Source of the DNA: Abditibacterium sp.
GTDB taxonomy: Bacteria > Armatimonadota > Abditibacteriia > Abditibacteriales > Abditibacteriaceae
Direction of reading: 5' to 3'
Length of the DNA: 64,000 bases
Assembly: GCA_965246885.1 (NCBI GenBank)
Contig: OZ251992.1
Coordinates: forward strand, 864,001-928,000
Position numbers and translations under genes: made by a program. Position 1 is the stretch's first letter; every line of letters starts with the position of its first letter. Shown piece after piece: positions 28,001 through 38,086 of the stretch. Under the pieces are notes generated by a model. The model was not told where the DNA came from, did not search any database, and saw only the letters and a program-made list of their open reading frames with translations.

Positions 28001-28501
28001 CTACAAGCGCGCAACAGCGTTGTCGCCGACTTGGGCGGGATGGCCGGTCACTTTCGACTTGATAAAACCCGCGAGGTGCGCGACGGGCGACGAGGGAGAA
28101 TCCCAGTACTGCGCCGATTCAACGCTGATTTTCAGCAGCGACAGTTCGGGGTCGTCCAATCCCTTGGGGAACCACGCTTCAAAGGCTTTGCTCCAGTATC
28201 TCTCAAACAGGGCGCGGTCAATAATAAGTTCCGCGCGCCCGGCGAGAGAGACGTAGTTCTGGTGTTCGGGGTCGGAGATGGCGACGTTGACGAACGGCTT
28301 GGACTCGATGTCGTGAACTTTGGGCGAGGACTTGGCGGTAAAGAACCACACATCGCCGTCGAACTCCGATTCAATCTGCGCCATCGGACGGGCGTGCAAG
28401 TGCCCCGCCTCGTCAATGGTGGTCAGCATAGCGATGCGCGCGTTTTTCGTCATCTTGGCGATTTTGGCAATCGCTTCTTCGCGGGTCTTGGTTTCTGGCA
28501 T
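28001..28501 (-). CDS. Pyridoxamine 5'-phosphate oxidase-like / general stress protein 26 family
   Basis: IAMLTT..LHARPM..VWFFT..SPKVHDI..WFPKGLDDPEL..AQYWDS. Confidence 0.88.
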   Translation of the reverse strand: MPETKTREEAIAKIAKMTKNARIAMLTTIDEAGHLHARPMAQIESEFDGDVWFFTAKSSPKVHDIESKPFVNVAISDPEHQNYVSLAGRAELIIDRALFERYWSKAFEAWFPKGLDDPELSLLKISVESAQYWDSPSSPVAHLAGFIKSKVTGHPAQVGDNAVARL

Positions 28502-28561
28502 AACGTGGGCGACTGGGGCGAATCGCGCGCCAAAGGAGAGAGTTGAGGGGGCGATGGCCAC

Positions 28562-29749
28562 TTACTTCAACCGAATCGGAAGTGCGTCGGCGACTTTAAC
28601 GCGGAAAAGGGAATACGGCTTTTGGCGGAGGTCTTTGCCAAAGTTGTAGCCCTTTTGCCGCTGCAATTGATTGCTGGTCACATACAAATAGCCGTCGCCC
28701 GCGAGGGACAGCGTGTCGGGCCAAAGCAGTTTGGGGCTTTGCACGACGGTCTCGAACAGGCCGTTGGGCAGGCGGCGGGCGATGGCGTTCGTTTCGACTT
28801 CGGTGCAGTACACGCGGTTTGCGGTGTCGGATTCCAAGCCGTCGCTCATGCCTTTTTCGCCCAAATCCACCACCGTCGCGGCGACGGTTGCATCGGACGC
28901 GCGGAAGTTACGCAGCGCCGCCGTTGAAACGCTATACAAGCGGCGCGAAGCGAGCGGACAATAATACAAGCGGTTGCCGTCGGGCGAAATGGCGATGCCG
29001 TCGGACTGGAATTTGACGTAGCTGGGGAACTTGTTGGGCGGCGTTTGGAACATGGCGCGGCCTTCGGGAAAGGGCAGGAAGCGCGGCACGACGACGGTGC
29101 TGGGGTGGCCCGTCAAGCTCCGGCGCGCAGCGCCGGTGGCCAAGTCTACCGTGATGATTCCCGACGCGCCCGAATCGGTGATGTAAGCGAATCCCTCGCG
29201 CCCCTTGGACAAATCGAAGCGGATGTCGTTGAGGTAAGTGGTGGGCAGGGCCACGCTGGAGGGCAGCAGGATGGTCTTTTCGACGCGGTTGGTTTGAAGG
29301 TTGACGCACACGAGCTTAGGGCCGCCATATGCGACCGGCCCGAACAAGACCGAGCCGGTATCGAGCATCCATAAACGGTCGCGGGCGTCCACCACGACGC
29401 TTTGGACGGAAACCAGATGCGAAGCGCGGATGTTTTGGGCGCGCTCGGCTTTGTCCTGCGACAGCAAGGCGCGCGAGCCGTCGCTTCCGAAGTTGTTCAG
29501 GGCACGCGAAGGGAAAGCGACTTCGCGGCCACCAACAATCTCGCCAACAGTGAAGCGCACCTTGTCGCCCCAGCGCGGGTAGTTGACGAAAATGCGGCCT
29601 TTCTGGGAGACGGTGACTCCGGTCGGCATGGCGCCGAAGAACTGGTGGACGGTTTCGAGGGTGCCCAAAGGCCGCTCGCGCGGCTGGGCCAAAGCTGGAA
29701 CGCACGCCGCGCCAAGCAAGACAAAGGAGAGAAACGAGTGTTTGTTCAT
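28562..29749 (-). CDS. Major royal jelly / L-dopachrome tautomerase-related beta-propeller protein
   Basis: Signal peptide; PTGVTVS..GRIFVNYPRWG, SVQSVVVDARDRLWMLDTG, WPDTLS. Confidence 0.88.
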   Translation of the reverse strand: MNKHSFLSFVLLGAACVPALAQPRERPLGTLETVHQFFGAMPTGVTVSQKGRIFVNYPRWGDKVRFTVGEIVGGREVAFPSRALNNFGSDGSRALLSQDKAERAQNIRASHLVSVQSVVVDARDRLWMLDTGSVLFGPVAYGGPKLVCVNLQTNRVEKTILLPSSVALPTTYLNDIRFDLSKGREGFAYITDSGASGIITVDLATGAARRSLTGHPSTVVVPRFLPFPEGRAMFQTPPNKFPSYVKFQSDGIAISPDGNRLYYCPLASRRLYSVSTAALRNFRASDATVAATVVDLGEKGMSDGLESDTANRVYCTEVETNAIARRLPNGLFETVVQSPKLLWPDTLSLAGDGYLYVTSNQLQRQKGYNFGKDLRQKPYSLFRVKVADALPIRLK

Positions 29750-29872
29750 CGGGCACCGCCGTTTCGCAAGCGCGGTGCCATTAAAAACGGCGCCGTCCCA
29801 CTTCGGTTAAACCCAAGGCGTGCCGATTTCTCCAATGTACGCTTGCGTGCTGCCGTTCGAGGGGTGCCCTGG

Positions 29873-31330
29873 ATGAGCGCGCTCGTGGAACTACGCGCGG
29901 CGAGCGCGGCTTTGAATGGGGTGACGGTGTTCGAGGCGCTCGATTTCCGCTTGGAAGCCGGAGAAAGCGGGGCGATTGTCGGCGCCAATGGCTCCGGGAA
30001 AACGACGCTACTGCGCTTGCTCGCGGGCGAGTTGTGGCCGACGCCAGTTGAGGCGCGCACGTTCGATATGGGCGACGGCCCGACGTGGTCGCCGCTTCGC
30101 GCGCGCCAGAAGATCGCCTTCGTGTCGCCTTTGGCGCAGGAGCGGGCGGTTAGGTTGGCCCAAGGAGGCGCCGAGGATGAGCGTGGCGCGCGTTTATCGG
30201 TGCGCGAGTGCATTGCGACGGGGTTCTTCGACTCTTTTCTGCTCCATCAAGCGCCTGATACAGTGCAAGAAGAACAGATGACGGCCATGATAGCGCGTTT
30301 TGGCCTCTTGGAACTGGCGGAGCGGGAGCTACAAACGCTGTCGCAGGGCCAACTGCGCCGGGTGCTATTGGCGCGGGCGCTCGTGAAAGCGCCGCGCCTG
30401 GTGCTGCTGGACGAAGCCGCATCGGGGTTGGACGCCCTTGCGCGGGCGGAACTCTTCGCGGCGCTGGGGCAGTTGGCGCAGTCGGGAACGAGCTTCGTGT
30501 TCGCGTCGCACCGGGCGCAGGAGTTACCGGAATGGGCGGAAGGGTGGACGCTGCGCGAGGGGCGGCTAACGCGCGCTATGACAAACGTAGGAACGGTGCT
30601 TGCTCCGTCTTTTGTGCAACTGACGGAGCGGACAAAGCAAACACCGTTCCTACGGAAGGCGCCAATCGCGCCCCTTTTCACGCTCCAAAACGTTTCCGTC
30701 TTCCTCGACGGCGCCCCGGTGCTCCTCGACCTCAACTGGCAGTGGCCGCGTGGGGTGCATCTGCGCGTCGGGGGCGACAATGGCGCGGGCAAGTCCACGT
30801 TTTTGCGTTTGCTTGGCGGAGAACTGGTGCCCGCGCATGGCGGGGCAATCGTCCGTTTGGGCGAGGAGCGGCTGCGCCCGGTGTGGGAGTGGCGGCGCCG
30901 CATTGCCCTCGTGTCGCCGCACTTGCAAGCGCGCTTTCACGAGCCGTTGACGGTGCGCGAAGCGGTGGCGTCGGGGTTTATGGGCGGCTTTGTGGCGCCG
31001 ACTGTGTTGGAGACGACGCAGACCGAGGCGCTGGAAGAGGCGCTCGATGAGTGGGAGTTGCGCCCCTTGGCGGCGCGGCGCTTCGACCGTTTAAGTTTCG
31101 GCCAGACGCGGCGGGTTCTGCTGGCGCGGGCGTTAGTGACGCGGCCCGAAGTGGTGCTTCTCGACGAAGCGCACGACGGGCTGGACGCCGGGACGCGCGA
31201 CTTTTGTCTCGGGAAGTGGGCGGAGTTGGCTCGCGCGGGGGTGCATTTCGCCTTCGCGTCGCATCACCCGGAAGACTTCCCCGCGTGGGCGACGGGCGAG
31301 GTGACGCTCCGGGGCGGGCGGCTGGTTTAA
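29873..31330 (+). CDS. Dual-domain ABC ATPase (ModF-like)
   Basis: Two Walker A motifs (GANGSGKT, GDNGAGKS), LSQGQ/LSFGQ signatures and LLDE. Confidence 0.85.
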   Translation: MSALVELRAASAALNGVTVFEALDFRLEAGESGAIVGANGSGKTTLLRLLAGELWPTPVEARTFDMGDGPTWSPLRARQKIAFVSPLAQERAVRLAQGGAEDERGARLSVRECIATGFFDSFLLHQAPDTVQEEQMTAMIARFGLLELAERELQTLSQGQLRRVLLARALVKAPRLVLLDEAASGLDALARAELFAALGQLAQSGTSFVFASHRAQELPEWAEGWTLREGRLTRAMTNVGTVLAPSFVQLTERTKQTPFLRKAPIAPLFTLQNVSVFLDGAPVLLDLNWQWPRGVHLRVGGDNGAGKSTFLRLLGGELVPAHGGAIVRLGEERLRPVWEWRRRIALVSPHLQARFHEPLTVREAVASGFMGGFVAPTVLETTQTEALEEALDEWELRPLAARRFDRLSFGQTRRVLLARALVTRPEVVLLDEAHDGLDAGTRDFCLGKWAELARAGVHFAFASHHPEDFPAWATGEVTLRGGRLV

Positions 31331-31758
31331 CGCGGTGTGCCGCCGCCCGTCAGGTTGCGTTGGAGAAGCGCGATGATCTTGGCGTTTTGCTGCAATATCT
31401 GCTGGTTCTGTTGGATAAGCACTTCGTTCTGTGCGGCGGCCAAGACTTGAAAGCGCAGACTGGCCTCGTTGACGGCTTGGCTGGCCTGTTCGGGGGTTTG
31501 GGCTTGGTTGCGCAGGGTGTAAAAGTTGTTCAGCAGTTGCCCGATGGCCAAACGTGCGAGGGTGGGGTCGGTGACGGCTTGGCCGTAGCCCAGAAGCAGG
31601 GCGTCGGCGTTCTGGTCGCGCTCGGCTTGCGCGAGCGTAGAGTTTAACCCCGTCGGCGCGGGGGAAGCAGGACGAGTGGTGGTTTGAGCGTTCGCGGGTA
31701 GGGCGGCGCAAGCGGCGAACAGTACGACGCCAAGGGGCGCGAGAAGTGTGGGTTTCAT
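31327..31758 (-). CDS. Secreted Gln/Asn-rich hypothetical protein
   Basis: Signal peptide ending ALPANA; helical QQNQQ tail. Confidence 0.65.
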   Translation of the reverse strand: MKPTLLAPLGVVLFAACAALPANAQTTTRPASPAPTGLNSTLAQAERDQNADALLLGYGQAVTDPTLARLAIGQLLNNFYTLRNQAQTPEQASQAVNEASLRFQVLAAAQNEVLIQQNQQILQQNAKIIALLQRNLTGGGTPR

Positions 31759-31822
31759 CTGGGTGTTGGACGCTTCGCACTCGCAAACGGGGCGCCGGAC
31801 GCCGATTATTGCGCCGCCGACT

Positions 31823-31840
31823 TTTAGCCGGGGCTAAACT
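31823..31840 (+). promoter_or_regulatory. Candidate DtxR/MntR operator overlapping a -10 box
   Basis: TTTAGCC-GG-GGCTAAA inverted repeat (31823-31838) overlaps TAAACT (31835-31840), 9 nt before the mntH ATG. Confidence 0.72.
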
Positions 31841-31849
31841 CATTCAAAG

Positions 31850-33232
31850 ATGAACGACAATTTGGTGTTGGACGGCGAGGCGGGTGAGCGGGAGAGCGGC
31901 CAAAACGCGCGCGAGGTGGCGGTTCCCGACGCTGCGCCAAGGGGTGAACGGCCCGGCAAGCGGGTGGGTTGGCGCACGTTTGTGGCGTTCGCGGGGCCGG
32001 GGTTGCTGGTGTCGGTGGGGTATATGGATCCGGGCAACTGGGCGACGGACATCGCGGGCGGCGCGCGCTTTGGCTACGCCTTGATGTGGGTGATTTTGGC
32101 GTCGAACCTCATCGCCATCTTCTTGCAAACGCTGTGCGCGCGCTTGGGGGTAGCGACCGGGCACGATCTGGCGCAGGCGTGCCGCGCCTATTATCCGCGC
32201 CCCGTCTCGTTCGCGCTGTGGGTGCTGGCGGAGATTGCCATCGTCGCGTGTGATTTGGCCGAGGTCATCGGGAGCGCCATCGCCATCAACCTGCTTTCGG
32301 GCGGGCGGGTGCCCTTGACGGTAGGCGTGCTCCTTACTGGCTTGGACGTGCTAATTCTGCTGGGCGCGCTGCATTTTGGCTTTCGCAAGTTGGAAGCGAT
32401 TATCCTCGCGCTCGTAGCGACCATTGCCGCCTGTTTCGCGCTGCAAATCTTCTACGCCCACCCCGATTGGCTCGGCGTCGCGCGCGGGTTGTTGCCGACG
32501 CTGCCGTCGTCGCCACAAGGAACTGCCACGTCGGATGGCTCCTTATACCTCGCCCTTGGCATCTTGGGCGCGACGGTAATGCCGCACAACCTGTATCTCC
32601 ATTCCTCGGTCGTCAACACGCGCCGCTTTGAACACACGAGCGCGGGCAAGGCCGACGCCATCAAGTGGAACACGCTCGACACCGCGCTTAGCTTGGGCGC
32701 GGCGTTCTTCGTGAACGCGGCGATTCTGGTGGTGGCGGGCGCCCTCTTCCACGCGGCGGGGCGCACCGAAGTGAAGGAGTTGGCCGACGCGCACTTGCTC
32801 CTGACGAAGATGCTGCCCGCTTCGCTCGCCGCGACCGCGTTCGCCGTCGCGCTGTTGGCGAGCGGGCAAAGCTCGACCATTACCGGCACGCTCGCGGGGC
32901 AGATCGTGATGGAGGGCTTCTTGAACATCCGCATCAAGCCTTGGCTGCGCCGCATGATTTCGCGCGGGCTGGCCATCATCCCGGCGCTGCTGCTCATTCA
33001 CGCGAGTGGCGGCAAGAACACCACCGGTTTGCTGGTGTTGTCGCAGGTGGTCTTGGCGATGCAACTGCCGTTCGCGGTCTTTCCGCTCATTATGTTCACG
33101 AGCGACCGGGCGAAGATGGGCCAGTTCGCTTCGACGCCGCTCGTGAAGTGGGTGGGCTACGCGCTCGCGTCGGGCATGACGGCGCTGAACGTGTATCTGC
33201 TCATCCAAACGCTGCGCGAGGTGGCGAAATGA
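31850..33232 (+). CDS. mntH: Nramp-family Mn2+/Fe2+ transporter
   Basis: GPGLLVSVGYMDPGNW, GATVMPHNLYLHS, QSSTITGTLAGQIVMEGF. Confidence 0.95.
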   Translation: MNDNLVLDGEAGERESGQNAREVAVPDAAPRGERPGKRVGWRTFVAFAGPGLLVSVGYMDPGNWATDIAGGARFGYALMWVILASNLIAIFLQTLCARLGVATGHDLAQACRAYYPRPVSFALWVLAEIAIVACDLAEVIGSAIAINLLSGGRVPLTVGVLLTGLDVLILLGALHFGFRKLEAIILALVATIAACFALQIFYAHPDWLGVARGLLPTLPSSPQGTATSDGSLYLALGILGATVMPHNLYLHSSVVNTRRFEHTSAGKADAIKWNTLDTALSLGAAFFVNAAILVVAGALFHAAGRTEVKELADAHLLLTKMLPASLAATAFAVALLASGQSSTITGTLAGQIVMEGFLNIRIKPWLRRMISRGLAIIPALLLIHASGGKNTTGLLVLSQVVLAMQLPFAVFPLIMFTSDRAKMGQFASTPLVKWVGYALASGMTALNVYLLIQTLREVAK

Positions 33233-33687
33233 TGCCCGAAACCGTCTCTCCGCTCGGTCGCGCCGCGTTGTCGCGCTCGGTTGAAGATTACCTGAAAGCC
33301 CTGCACGCCCTTGCCGAAGGCGGCGCGTCCGTTTCGACGCAATCGCTCGCCGACCTCCTCGGCGTCGCCCCCGCCAGCGCCACCAACATGGCCAAGCGCT
33401 TGGCCGGAATGGGCCTCGCCCACCACACCCCCTATCGCGGCATCGAACTCAGCGAAGCGGGCACGCGCGCCGCCCTCGAAATCGTGCGCCACCACCGCAT
33501 CATCGAAACCTTCCTCCTCGAAATCCTCGGCCTCGACGCCCACAAAGTCCACGCCGAAGCCGAACGCTGGGAACACGTCGTCAGCGAAGAAGTCGAACAA
33601 CTGATGATGGATAAACTCGGCCACCCCCAGTTCGACCCACACGGCAGGCCGATACCGGTGGTGGAACCGATTAAACTGGGCGCGTGA
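33229..33687 (+). CDS. mntR: DtxR/MntR-family metal-dependent repressor
   Basis: SVEDYLKA, HTH, HRIIETFL, HAEAERWEH, DPHGRPIP; ATGA overlap with mntH. Confidence 0.88.
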   Translation: MMPETVSPLGRAALSRSVEDYLKALHALAEGGASVSTQSLADLLGVAPASATNMAKRLAGMGLAHHTPYRGIELSEAGTRAALEIVRHHRIIETFLLEILGLDAHKVHAEAERWEHVVSEEVEQLMMDKLGHPQFDPHGRPIPVVEPIKLGA

Positions 33688-33717
33688 CAATTCCGGATTC
33701 ACTTTGAGAGAAATGAT

Positions 33718-34446
33718 ATGCCCAACTCTTTTCTTGATGTTGCCAAGAAGTATCGAAGCAAGCCTGTTAGTTGGTGGCTAAGGGTGCCTTTATACGCCAG
33801 CCGTTATAGCCGCCACTTGTTGCGGTCGCAAATGCGCGTTCTGGCCTACCGCAGCAAAACTGTCAGGCGTATCACGGGGCTTCAGGTGCCCGCGCCGCCA
33901 TCAGTTAAGCGCGCTATTGTGCGTGTCTTCGCTACCAATTATCGGCTTGGAGTCTTCGTGGAAACCGGCACTTACCTTGGCGACACAACGGCGGAGTTGG
34001 CGGAGGTCGTGCGGCGCGTTTATTCCATCGAGTTGTCTCCCACATTGTTCGCTCAAGCGCAGGCGCGATTTGCCGGACACGACAATGTCGTGCTAAAGTG
34101 CGGCGATAGCGGCGAAGTATTGCCTGCGCTACTTCAAGAGTTGACCGAGCCGTGTCTGTTCTGGCTCGACGGCCACTTTTCGGGCGGCGAGACGGCGCGC
34201 GGGGCATCGGATACGCCTATCGGCATCGAGTTAGAAGCCATCATCCGCCGCGCCCAAGCAGACCCCGACGGCGTCGGACGCAGCGTGATTTTAATAGACG
34301 ACGCCCGCGATTTCGGTCGCGGCGCCTACCCTCCAATTGCATCTTTACGTGCTCTTATCGACAAAGCCATTCCCGACGCATCCTTTACCGTAGACGCCGA
34401 CATCATCCGCATAGTGCTTGCGCCGCGCCCGCTTGAAGTCCAATGA
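33718..34446 (+). CDS. SAM-dependent methyltransferase-like protein (glycan cluster)
   Basis: FVETGTYLGDT, SIELS, FWLDGHFSG, ILIDDAR. Confidence 0.75.
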   Translation: MPNSFLDVAKKYRSKPVSWWLRVPLYASRYSRHLLRSQMRVLAYRSKTVRRITGLQVPAPPSVKRAIVRVFATNYRLGVFVETGTYLGDTTAELAEVVRRVYSIELSPTLFAQAQARFAGHDNVVLKCGDSGEVLPALLQELTEPCLFWLDGHFSGGETARGASDTPIGIELEAIIRRAQADPDGVGRSVILIDDARDFGRGAYPPIASLRALIDKAIPDASFTVDADIIRIVLAPRPLEVQ

Positions 34447-35129
34447 ATCAGCAATTCTTAAGTCGTGTGAGTCGAAAGATAAAGCGGGTGATCTATGGCG
34501 CGAAGATTGAGAAGTTCGCTTACCAGTCGGAGGTAGATCGCTGGTTTGCTGATCCTCACAGCAACACCAAGCGCTTTGATTACCCGCTCTCATCAGAATC
34601 TTTGGTTTTAGATGTGGGTGGTTTCGATGGTGTTTGGGCGATGAGAGTCTTCGCTCGCTTCCAGTGTCGTATTTTTGTTTTCGAGCCGAGCCGGGCCAGA
34701 ATCGAGACATTAAACGAGATTTTTAAGGGTAATGCCGTAGTTCGCGTGTTTCCTTTTGGTTTAGGATCCAGCAGCCGCAAAGAAGCTCTCTCCTTGGCAG
34801 GTGACGGCTCTTCGTTTTATTCTTCGGCCATAACTGACACAGAAGAAGCTGAAATCGTGGACGTCTCTCAATTCCTCCAAGATGAGTCGCTCAAGAGGAT
34901 TGATTTGCTCAAAGTGAACATTGAGGGCGGAGAATACGAGTTGCTTGCCCGCATGATAGAAACCGGACTCATTAAACACGTGGCGAACTTGCAAGTCCAG
35001 TTTCACTTTCTGTCTGAGCAGTCGAAGGCCGATAGAGCGCGCATCCGCGAAGATTTAGCTAAGACGCACACCTGCACTTATTGCTATGAGTTCGTTTGGG
35101 AGAACTGGACTCTCAAGTCCGATGGGTAG
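34443..35129 (+). CDS. FkbM family methyltransferase
   Basis: VLDVGG, FVFEP, IDLLKVNIEGGEY. Confidence 0.88.
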   Translation: MNQQFLSRVSRKIKRVIYGAKIEKFAYQSEVDRWFADPHSNTKRFDYPLSSESLVLDVGGFDGVWAMRVFARFQCRIFVFEPSRARIETLNEIFKGNAVVRVFPFGLGSSSRKEALSLAGDGSSFYSSAITDTEEAEIVDVSQFLQDESLKRIDLLKVNIEGGEYELLARMIETGLIKHVANLQVQFHFLSEQSKADRARIREDLAKTHTCTYCYEFVWENWTLKSDG

Positions 35130-35201
35130 TCTGCACACTGACCGCTACCCGTTTCCGTTTCCGCAAACTCGCTGAATTAGGGGTGAGGCGCTGGTTCAAA
35201 T

Positions 35202-35981
35202 ATGGGAGCAGTGGGGGCAATCTACACTTCAAACGCGATGCCCCAGATTTTCCCTTTGTCTACCCTGCCTCGGCGCGTTGTTGGAAGGGTGAAACTTTTC
35301 CTTGCCCTTCGGAACGCCGTTGATGATTCGATACCACTTAAGGAAATTGCCAAGTATCTTCCCCACAACCCCGTGATTGTAGAAGCGGGCGCTCATAATG
35401 GCTCGGAGACGGTGTCAATGGTGCGGTTTTGGCCACAAGCGCAAATTCACGCCTTTGAGCCGGTGCCGTCCATATTCGCTCAGTTGGAAAACAAGACGCG
35501 CGCGTTTCCTCAGGTGGTTCGCCATAACACGGCTTTGGGGAAGGAGACGGGGCAATCAACCCTGTATGTTAGCAGTGGCGGCTCCGATGCCTCCAGTTCT
35601 CTGCTGCCCCCCAAGGAGCACTTAATCACGAATCCCCACGTCAAGTTTGAGGAGGAGATCATCGTCCAAACGATTACGCTCGACGATTGGAAGCGGCGTG
35701 ATGGTATCAAGAAAATAGACTTTCTGTGGCTGGATATGCAGGGGTATGAACTGGCCGCGCTCAAAGCGGGGTTGAGCGTTCTGGAGGATGTTCAGGCGAT
35801 TTACATGGAGGTTAACACCCTCGAAACGTATGCCGGAGCGCCGCTTTTGCCCGAAGCTGAGGCTTGGCTGAAAGGGCGCGGGTTTCGCATGGCCGCCGTG
35901 AAGATTCCTTACAGCGATGGTGGCAATGCCTTGTTTATTCGGGAGGACGGACGCCCAACATCAGTTTCGCGCGGTTTTTGA
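35202..35981 (+). CDS. FkbM family methyltransferase
   Basis: IVEAGAHNG, IHAFEP, IDFLWLDMQGYE; exact start uncertain. Confidence 0.88.
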   Translation: MGAVGAIYTSNAMPQIFPLSTLPRRVVGRVKLFLALRNAVDDSIPLKEIAKYLPHNPVIVEAGAHNGSETVSMVRFWPQAQIHAFEPVPSIFAQLENKTRAFPQVVRHNTALGKETGQSTLYVSSGGSDASSSLLPPKEHLITNPHVKFEEEIIVQTITLDDWKRRDGIKKIDFLWLDMQGYELAALKAGLSVLEDVQAIYMEVNTLETYAGAPLLPEAEAWLKGRGFRMAAVKIPYSDGGNALFIREDGRPTSVSRGF

Positions 35982-36909
35982 CCCGCGAAAGTAGCGTGGC
36001 GCGCGGCAAAGGTTCCGGCTGAAAAACTTGGTGCTGGCACAGTGTGGTGGTTCGTGAAAGGGTTTGGGAGGCCAGTTCGAGGGCGTTGTATGCGTTCAGA
36101 ACCAAGTCGCGCGCCCTCTTTCTCGCGGCCTTTGATTGCTCGGCCACGTTGTTCTCGATGGCTTCGCGGATGATATCGGCGGCTTCAACCGGCGAGCCGG
36201 ACGGCAACAGGCAAAGGCTGGACGGCTCGAAGTAGGCGTGTATATTGGGTGCACCGATATAAAAAGGAAAGGCCCCTCCCAAAAAACTGTCGGCGAGTTT
36301 CTCCGTCCAATAGTGTTCAACTTCGCTATTTTCTATGGCGATGTGATAGCGATAGGGAACAATGGCTTCCCACTTGTCTTGGATGTCCCGTATGCCGCGC
36401 CCATAAAAATCAAGTTGGTCGCCTAAAATCTCTTTCAAGGCACGCACCATCGCCAGACGTTTTCGGTGTCCCGGAGTAAAGGCTTTGTCTGAGCAAATCA
36501 CCGAGAGATGGTGTGGCTTATTGTCCCCATCGAGCGTTTGAAAATCTTCGTAGAGGGGAAAGTGCCCAAGCGGTGAGCCATGAAGTCCCAAGTGCCAAGG
36601 CAGGCCCGGTGCCATCAACCGCACGCGGGGATGAGACATGGACGGCTGGCAACTGATGACTTGGTGGAATTGAGCGAGGAACCGGGGATTGTACGAACGA
36701 ACTGCGGGCGGTTCGGCGGCGAAAAAGAGGGTGTTTTCGGCTGGGCACGACACTTCAAACGCATCGCTAAAACCTTCGAAAACCACACAGGCATCGCAGA
36801 CGGTTGCGTCGAGCGAGAAGCGGCAGTCTTTCCATACACCTTCGCCATTGGGAGATTGACGCAAGAGAAGCCGCAAATCGGATTCGGCTCCGACCAATCG
36901 AATGAGCAT
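35935..36909 (-). CDS. Glycosyltransferase family 10-like (fucosyltransferase fold)
   Basis: PYRYHIAIENS..HYWTEKLADSFLG..PFYIG. Confidence 0.8.
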   Translation of the reverse strand: MLIRLVGAESDLRLLLRQSPNGEGVWKDCRFSLDATVCDACVVFEGFSDAFEVSCPAENTLFFAAEPPAVRSYNPRFLAQFHQVISCQPSMSHPRVRLMAPGLPWHLGLHGSPLGHFPLYEDFQTLDGDNKPHHLSVICSDKAFTPGHRKRLAMVRALKEILGDQLDFYGRGIRDIQDKWEAIVPYRYHIAIENSEVEHYWTEKLADSFLGGAFPFYIGAPNIHAYFEPSSLCLLPSGSPVEAADIIREAIENNVAEQSKAARKRARDLVLNAYNALELASQTLSRTTTLCQHQVFQPEPLPRATLLSRVKNRAKLMLGVRPPE

Positions 36910-36961
36910 GAAGCGCAAGTATCAACTCTTCGTCGTTGGTAGAGGCAAACTTGCTTCTCTC

Positions 36962-38086
36962 GTGCACATCTTCTACGCTTCCGACACGCGGCCCAACGCG
37001 GCGATTCAATCGAGCATCTGGCGGCGCAACCTGTATGAAACGCTCGTGAGCATGGGGCACCACGTCACCGAGTTGCAAGGCGACTTGGGCGAAACCTTTC
37101 GCAATCTCGACCCGGCGATTCCCGCACAAAAGGCCTTCATCGAGAAAAACCGTCCGGTCTTGAGCGCCCTCGTGTGGAAGCAGGTGCAAGAAGCCCACGC
37201 GCGCCAGCCGCTCGACCTCTTCTTCTCCTACTTCTACGATGCGTGCATCACGCCAGAGATTGTGGAGGCGATAAACGGTCTGGGGGTGCCGACAGTTAAC
37301 TGGTATTGCAACGGCTCGTTTCAACTCCATCTGGTGCGCGCCATTTCGCCGCACTACCGCTACTGTTTAGTGCCGGAAAAGTTCCGCTTGAAGGATTACG
37401 AGGCGATGGGTGCCCATCCCATCTACTGCCAAGAGGCGGCGAACCCCGATTTCTACAAGCCCTACGATGTGCCGCGCGAGTTCGACGTCGCCTTTGTTGG
37501 GCAAGCCTACGGTGAACGGCCTCAAGCGGTTGCCGACCTTATCGAAGCCGGAATAGACGTGCGCGTTTGGGGGCCGGGATGGACTGATTTAACCAAGCAA
37601 GGCCAACGCGACCGACAAACGATTCGTATGAGGTTGGGAAAACTCAAGCGCATGGTCTTGGGGCAACCGTTGCCCGGAGTCGTCACGCTGCCCGCGCACA
37701 ACGTGGGCGGAGTCCTCAGCGACGACGAGATGGTGAAAACATTCTCGCGCGCCAAAATCAACCTCGGCTTTTCGAGTTGCGGCGATACGCACAGGGGCGA
37801 AGAGCGCATCGTGCAAGTGCGCCTGCGCGATTTTGAAGTGCCGATGAGCGGCGGCTTCTATTTGGTCGAACACATGGACGAACTGGGCGAGTTCTTTGAG
37901 TTGGGGCGGGAAATTGAAACCTACCGCGATTTCTCCGAACTGCGCGACAAAGTCCGTTTCTATCTCCAGCACGACGACGCCAGAGAAACCATCCGCCGCG
38001 CCGGATTCGCGCGCGCGCGCCGCGATCATACATGGCAAAAACGCTTTGAGATGGCCTTCGAGAGGATAGGGTTGGAAGCCGGATGA
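36962..38086 (+). CDS. CgeB-like glycosyltransferase
   Basis: DVAFVG, AKINLGF, RLRDFEVPMSGGF, RARRDHTW; GTG 36962 preferred because it avoids overlap with the divergent gene and follows CAAACT. Confidence 0.82.
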   Translation: MHIFYASDTRPNAAIQSSIWRRNLYETLVSMGHHVTELQGDLGETFRNLDPAIPAQKAFIEKNRPVLSALVWKQVQEAHARQPLDLFFSYFYDACITPEIVEAINGLGVPTVNWYCNGSFQLHLVRAISPHYRYCLVPEKFRLKDYEAMGAHPIYCQEAANPDFYKPYDVPREFDVAFVGQAYGERPQAVADLIEAGIDVRVWGPGWTDLTKQGQRDRQTIRMRLGKLKRMVLGQPLPGVVTLPAHNVGGVLSDDEMVKTFSRAKINLGFSSCGDTHRGEERIVQVRLRDFEVPMSGGFYLVEHMDELGEFFELGREIETYRDFSELRDKVRFYLQHDDARETIRRAGFARARRDHTWQKRFEMAFERIGLEAG

